Origin: a virus
Reading direction: 5' to 3' (one strand)
IMG/VR virus record: IMGVR_UViG_3300045988_126896
Length of the DNA stretch: 56,101 nt
Part shown: one piece after another, positions 53,301-56,101 of the stretch
Position numbering within the stretch: the stretch's first letter is position 1
Layout: the number at the start of each line of letters is the position of its first letter
Program-made: the position numbers and the translations under genes
Notes under the pieces: model-generated
The model's database searches: none
What the model was told of the DNA's origin: nothing
Seen by the model: the letters and a program-made list of their open reading frames with translations, nothing else

Positions 53301-55015
53301 CTTCTCAAACCACGCAGACAGCTACCCAGAATTTCCAGTTTGACTACGGTGTACTGGAAGGTTACGGACAGCAAGCGACGAACAGCGTAGCCAATGGGCT
53401 TAACACGGGTTCTGGAACACTTAATTATAGTGCTACAGCAGTCGGAACGAACACAAGTAATAGTATTCTTTCCGGTATGCAGACTGTAGACCTTGCTTCT
53501 GGTGGAACACAGGCTACGAACAGTATTTTAGCCGGTCTTAATACTGGTGGCGTCCAGCTTACTACAACGGCTACGACCCTGGGAACAGAAACGGCGACAA
53601 ACTTAAACAACAGCCTTCTTACAGGCGGTGCCGGTCTGCAAGCTACGGCTTCGCAGTTAGGTACGGACACTATTAACAGCTTAAGCACAAGTTTTAATAA
53701 TGGTGCTTCTACACTTGATCTGTCGGCGTTACAGCTTGGTACCAACACTACCAGCAACCTTACCACAGGTCTTACAAATGGAACCGCTACGGCAACGTCG
53801 GCGGCTACGAATGTGGGTACCCAGGTAGGAACCAGTCTTACTACCGGACTGGATACAGCAAACGCCCAGGTAGCAGCTTCTACACAGCAGCTATCGCAAA
53901 CACTTTCGATAGGTCTTACGACGTCAATAACGGACGCTTCCACACAGGCGACGACCGCTATTAACGAAATGGGTACAAATATCGGAACAGCACTTACAAG
54001 CGCTGTAGACCAGGCTTCAACACAAGCGACCACAGCAGTATCTACCCTAGGTACTAATCTGGGAACTGCCTTAACTGAAAGTCTTACGACAGCAGCGACG
54101 GGAGCCGGTGAAGCCGCTAACAATATCGGTACCCAGGTAGGAACAAGCCTTACACAAGGTTTATCTTCGATCAGCGCGAGCGCTTCCACGGCGGCTACGA
54201 CTGTCGGTACTTCTGTACAGACAGCGCTTACTACAAGTATAGCAGCGGCCGGTACAGCAGCTTCCGCGACAGCACTTACGGCCGGTACGACTATGATACA
54301 GTCTTTGGTATCTGGTATTACTGGTATGACACCTACCGCCGTATCTACAGCAAACAGTACAGGTCTTAAGACGGTACAGGGGTTAGCCCTTGGTATCCTT
54401 GCCGGAACCAGTACAACGGTATCCGCCGCACAGACTGTGGTAAATGCTGTAACTGCAACCTTTAACAGTATTAACCTTCATAGTGCCGGTTATAACGCCG
54501 CCGCTGGTTTTGCTTCTGGCCTTGCTTCTGGTGCTGGTGCGATCTACGCACAGGCCCAGGCGATCGCGTCTACTGTACGTTCTACTATACAGTCGGCGTT
54601 ACAAATTCATTCACCGTCAAGGGTAATGATGAAAATAGGACAGTATACCGGCGAAGGTATGGCTATCGGTATTGAAAAGATGGTAGGACAGGTACAAAGT
54701 GCTTCCGAACAGCTGGCTAACGGTATAACCGCACCAGTAACGTACAATTCGGGAAACAGCCCGGTACAGGAAGTACAGAGTACGTTATCAGATGTTCCGG
54801 CTTTAGCTGGAAATATCCCGGTAAGTCCGACAGGTAGCAGTAAAGCAGAAACGCTGAAAAAAGAAATTAAGCTGGTAATTGAAAAGATCATTCTTAACGA
54901 TACCGGCGACAAGGACAAAAAGCAGCTTGTAAAAGAGTTACTGGAAGAACTTATAGAGGAACTGAAAGGCGCTGACGAAGTAATAAGTAGCGCAGACCTG
55001 GGGGTATTGTTATAA
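50387..55015 (+). CDS. Tail tape measure protein
   Basis: 1542 aa, A/S/T/G/Q-rich with internal repeats. Canonical position. Confidence 0.9.
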   Translation: MSDFTMGATLTLTDNFSSTLTAAGHNAEAFKSQITGISSAMSSSTASMAETASAANGLGSGLQNVGSIADNMGSSMTDAVSGAESMADTIQEIGSAAQESQAPIQQSTESTNRWKAAMDQFDAGTQHLKQLPGTLKQIASQKLTGLVESMKNGVTSAKDLATNLKTMAQQKVTSLVASFREFKSTIQEGRTGVVGFVNALKNIGKISVTGAVNGVKSLASNMKTFAATKVSGIVNSLSNIKNKATDGKSGVEGLKTALQKVASTSLSALHSGLSKVGSLAKSAGSAVLSGLGKGITAITKGVAAGVTAAGTAVAGATAAAVKVGSSFEAAMSSVASISGATGSDFTALETKAKQMGATTAFSATEAANAMEYMAMAGWKTTDMVSGIDGIMSLAAASGADLAQTSDIVTDGLTAFGMKASESGRFADVMAAASANANTNVEMMGETFKYVGAAAGAMGYSIEDMAVATGLMANAGIKGSQAGTALRSTITRLAKPTKEAQTAMDALGLTVTNSDGSMKSFGTIMGDMRKGMQGMTEDQKAAYAAMLGGQEAMSGLLAIANASDEDFNKLTSAIQDSSGAAQEMAAIKLDNLQGDVTILKSGLEGLGIAIYDNIKGPLRSVTQTATEMVGSLSDALTNGGFSAFVAQLGNVLGQAVTMIASYAPQVVSMGVQLIQGFLSGIQANSGAIASGAASTIAAFINGLLVLIPQVIMIGGQLILQFVQGMIPQIPQLLTAATQAINTLVQGFISGLPMILQTATQLIMSLVQGIVQNAPTLIASAVQAITAFLSGILQMLPVILQAGVQLILGLAQGIISNIPLILQSAVLLIQQFVTGLTQMLPTIIQGGIQLVISLIQGIISNLGTIAQAGVQIIVSLVTGLIQAIPMIIAAIPQLISAIIDTIFNTDWIAVGGEIIDGIKDGFMSGFTSLVDSVKGLWSDFTGWLFGDGEEAGSAAGDGVASGVTSSSGNVASAASQTTQTATQNFQFDYGVLEGYGQQATNSVANGLNTGSGTLNYSATAVGTNTSNSILSGMQTVDLASGGTQATNSILAGLNTGGVQLTTTATTLGTETATNLNNSLLTGGAGLQATASQLGTDTINSLSTSFNNGASTLDLSALQLGTNTTSNLTTGLTNGTATATSAATNVGTQVGTSLTTGLDTANAQVAASTQQLSQTLSIGLTTSITDASTQATTAINEMGTNIGTALTSAVDQASTQATTAVSTLGTNLGTALTESLTTAATGAGEAANNIGTQVGTSLTQGLSSISASASTAATTVGTSVQTALTTSIAAAGTAASATALTAGTTMIQSLVSGITGMTPTAVSTANSTGLKTVQGLALGILAGTSTTVSAAQTVVNAVTATFNSINLHSAGYNAAAGFASGLASGAGAIYAQAQAIASTVRSTIQSALQIHSPSRVMMKIGQYTGEGMAIGIEKMVGQVQSASEQLANGITAPVTYNSGNSPVQEVQSTLSDVPALAGNIPVSPTGSSKAETLKKEIKLVIEKIILNDTGDKDKKQLVKELLEELIEELKGADEVISSADLGVLL

Positions 55016-55735
55016 ATGAAAGGTGATAAGACAGTTAATATAACTATCAAAGGTGGCGGCGTAATACTGAATATTCCAGTTATACCGCCAAAAGTCAACG
55101 TATCAGATGGTAGCAGTACGCCGAAAACAGTAACCATATGGAGAAAGGGAGAAGTCGATTTTAACGACGGTAAAAGCTTGGACGGCCTTAGCTGGTCGTC
55201 CTTCTTCCCTTCTCGTTATGACGCTTCATACTGCAATAGCAAGAATTTGAAAACAGTACAATGGTATATCAATACTATAAACAAATGGAAGAACGCCGGA
55301 ACTGTTGTACAAGTTATTATACCGGCTATGAATATCAATAGGTCCATGAAGATTAAAACCTTCCAGGGGGACTATGAAGGACAAGAGTTAGATTACTACT
55401 ACGATCTGGAATTTAAAGAGTATATAAAACTTCCACAAGTGAAAGTAAAAGCGAAGAAATATATCACGGTAAAGAAAAGGGACCCGAAACCAGTATCTAA
55501 ACCTTCGACTTCCAAAAACAAGAAAAAGACCGCGATCAAGAAAGGCGACAAGGTACAGTTCAAGGGCGGACCCGTTTACATTTCTTCGGACGCTTCCAGA
55601 CCAGCTGTAACACGCGGAAAAGCAAAATGTAATTGTACGATCGTAAACAGCAATAAACACCCATACCACCTTATACATTATAGCGGTGCTATGGTGTACG
55701 GTTGGGTTAATGCTTCTGATTGTGAGAAAATATAA
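55016..55735 (+). CDS. Tail protein at the XkdP position
   Basis: Starts at the base after the tape measure stop. 239 aa, with a Lys-rich linker and a C-terminal beta-rich domain. Confidence 0.6.
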   Translation: MKGDKTVNITIKGGGVILNIPVIPPKVNVSDGSSTPKTVTIWRKGEVDFNDGKSLDGLSWSSFFPSRYDASYCNSKNLKTVQWYINTINKWKNAGTVVQVIIPAMNINRSMKIKTFQGDYEGQELDYYYDLEFKEYIKLPQVKVKAKKYITVKKRDPKPVSKPSTSKNKKKTAIKKGDKVQFKGGPVYISSDASRPAVTRGKAKCNCTIVNSNKHPYHLIHYSGAMVYGWVNASDCEKI

Positions 55736-55750
55736 AGGTAGGCTACATCA

Positions 55751-56101
55751 ATGGGAAAACTACAGCTTAAAATAGATGGAAACGACTTTACGGGTGTCCT
55801 TGCTGATAACCCAGTTATTAAAGATCAGCTTAACGCTTGCTGCCGTACCTTGACTTTTAAGCTGTCTTTATATGGGAACCGCTTGGACCTCTTAGCCCAT
55901 AAAGTAGAACTTTTCTATAAAGGGAAACGCTGGTTTATCGGTGAGATAAAAAAACAGAAAGAGGAACACGACGGCACCAACAGTATAACCGTATACGACC
56001 CGCTTTTTTTGTTTGGGAAGCACGAAGACGATTATTACTTTAAGAATCAGACAGCTACCCAGATTACAAAGAGCATGGCGAAAAAAATAGGGTTAAAGGT
56101 A
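55751..56101 (+). CDS. XkdQ-like tail/baseplate protein, 5' part (continues at base 1 of the circle)
   Basis: ATG at 55751. Open to the window end and in phase with 1-741. Confidence 0.7.
   Translation, partial: MGKLQLKIDGNDFTGVLADNPVIKDQLNACCRTLTFKLSLYGNRLDLLAHKVELFYKGKRWFIGEIKKQKEEHDGTNSITVYDPLFLFGKHEDDYYFKNQTATQITKSMAKKIGLKV
56003..56101. repeat. Terminal overlap, identical to 1-99
   Basis: Direct comparison of the two ends. Confidence 0.95.

Overview
This window is a complete, circularly closed phage genome. Bases 1-99 are identical to 56003-56101, giving a unit length of 56,002 bp. It looks like a temperate contractile-tailed phage with a PBSX-like (XkdK-XkdT type) tail and baseplate. 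The host is probably a Firmicute, judged from GGAGG/GGGGG-type RBSs, a phi-LC3-type holin and a CHAP+SH3b endolysin. Nearly all genes are on the + strand.

Module order:
- Baseplate and tail fibre, 1-6126.
- Diversity-generating retroelement (DGR), 5062-7930.
- Lysis, 7927-10295.
- Integrase and lysogeny switch, 10440-16650.
- Replication and recombination, 16648-37050: split Rad50/SbcC-like ATPase plus SbcD-like nuclease, C5-methyltransferase, HNH endonuclease, SF2 helicase, AEP primase-helicase, family A DNA polymerase.
- Late regulator, 37377-37718.
- Packaging, head and tail, 37909-56101.

Main findings:
1. A textbook but complete DGR (target-Avd-TR-RT). Its 113-nt TR/VR pair differs almost only at TR adenines, and it diversifies the C-terminus of a tail-fibre-module protein.
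2. A cytosine-5 methyltransferase broken into frame-shifted TRD-like modules. Most junctions are (AG)6-10 dinucleotide tracts.
3. Several non-coding repeat families: 10-bp phased arrays, a 207-bp element present twice, GTAGTAAAA clusters, and two palindromic operator families. Together they outline a candidate attP/ori and the regulatory wiring.

No tRNA, rRNA or CRISPR array was seen. All functional calls rest on motifs read by eye and on gene order. No database search was possible.
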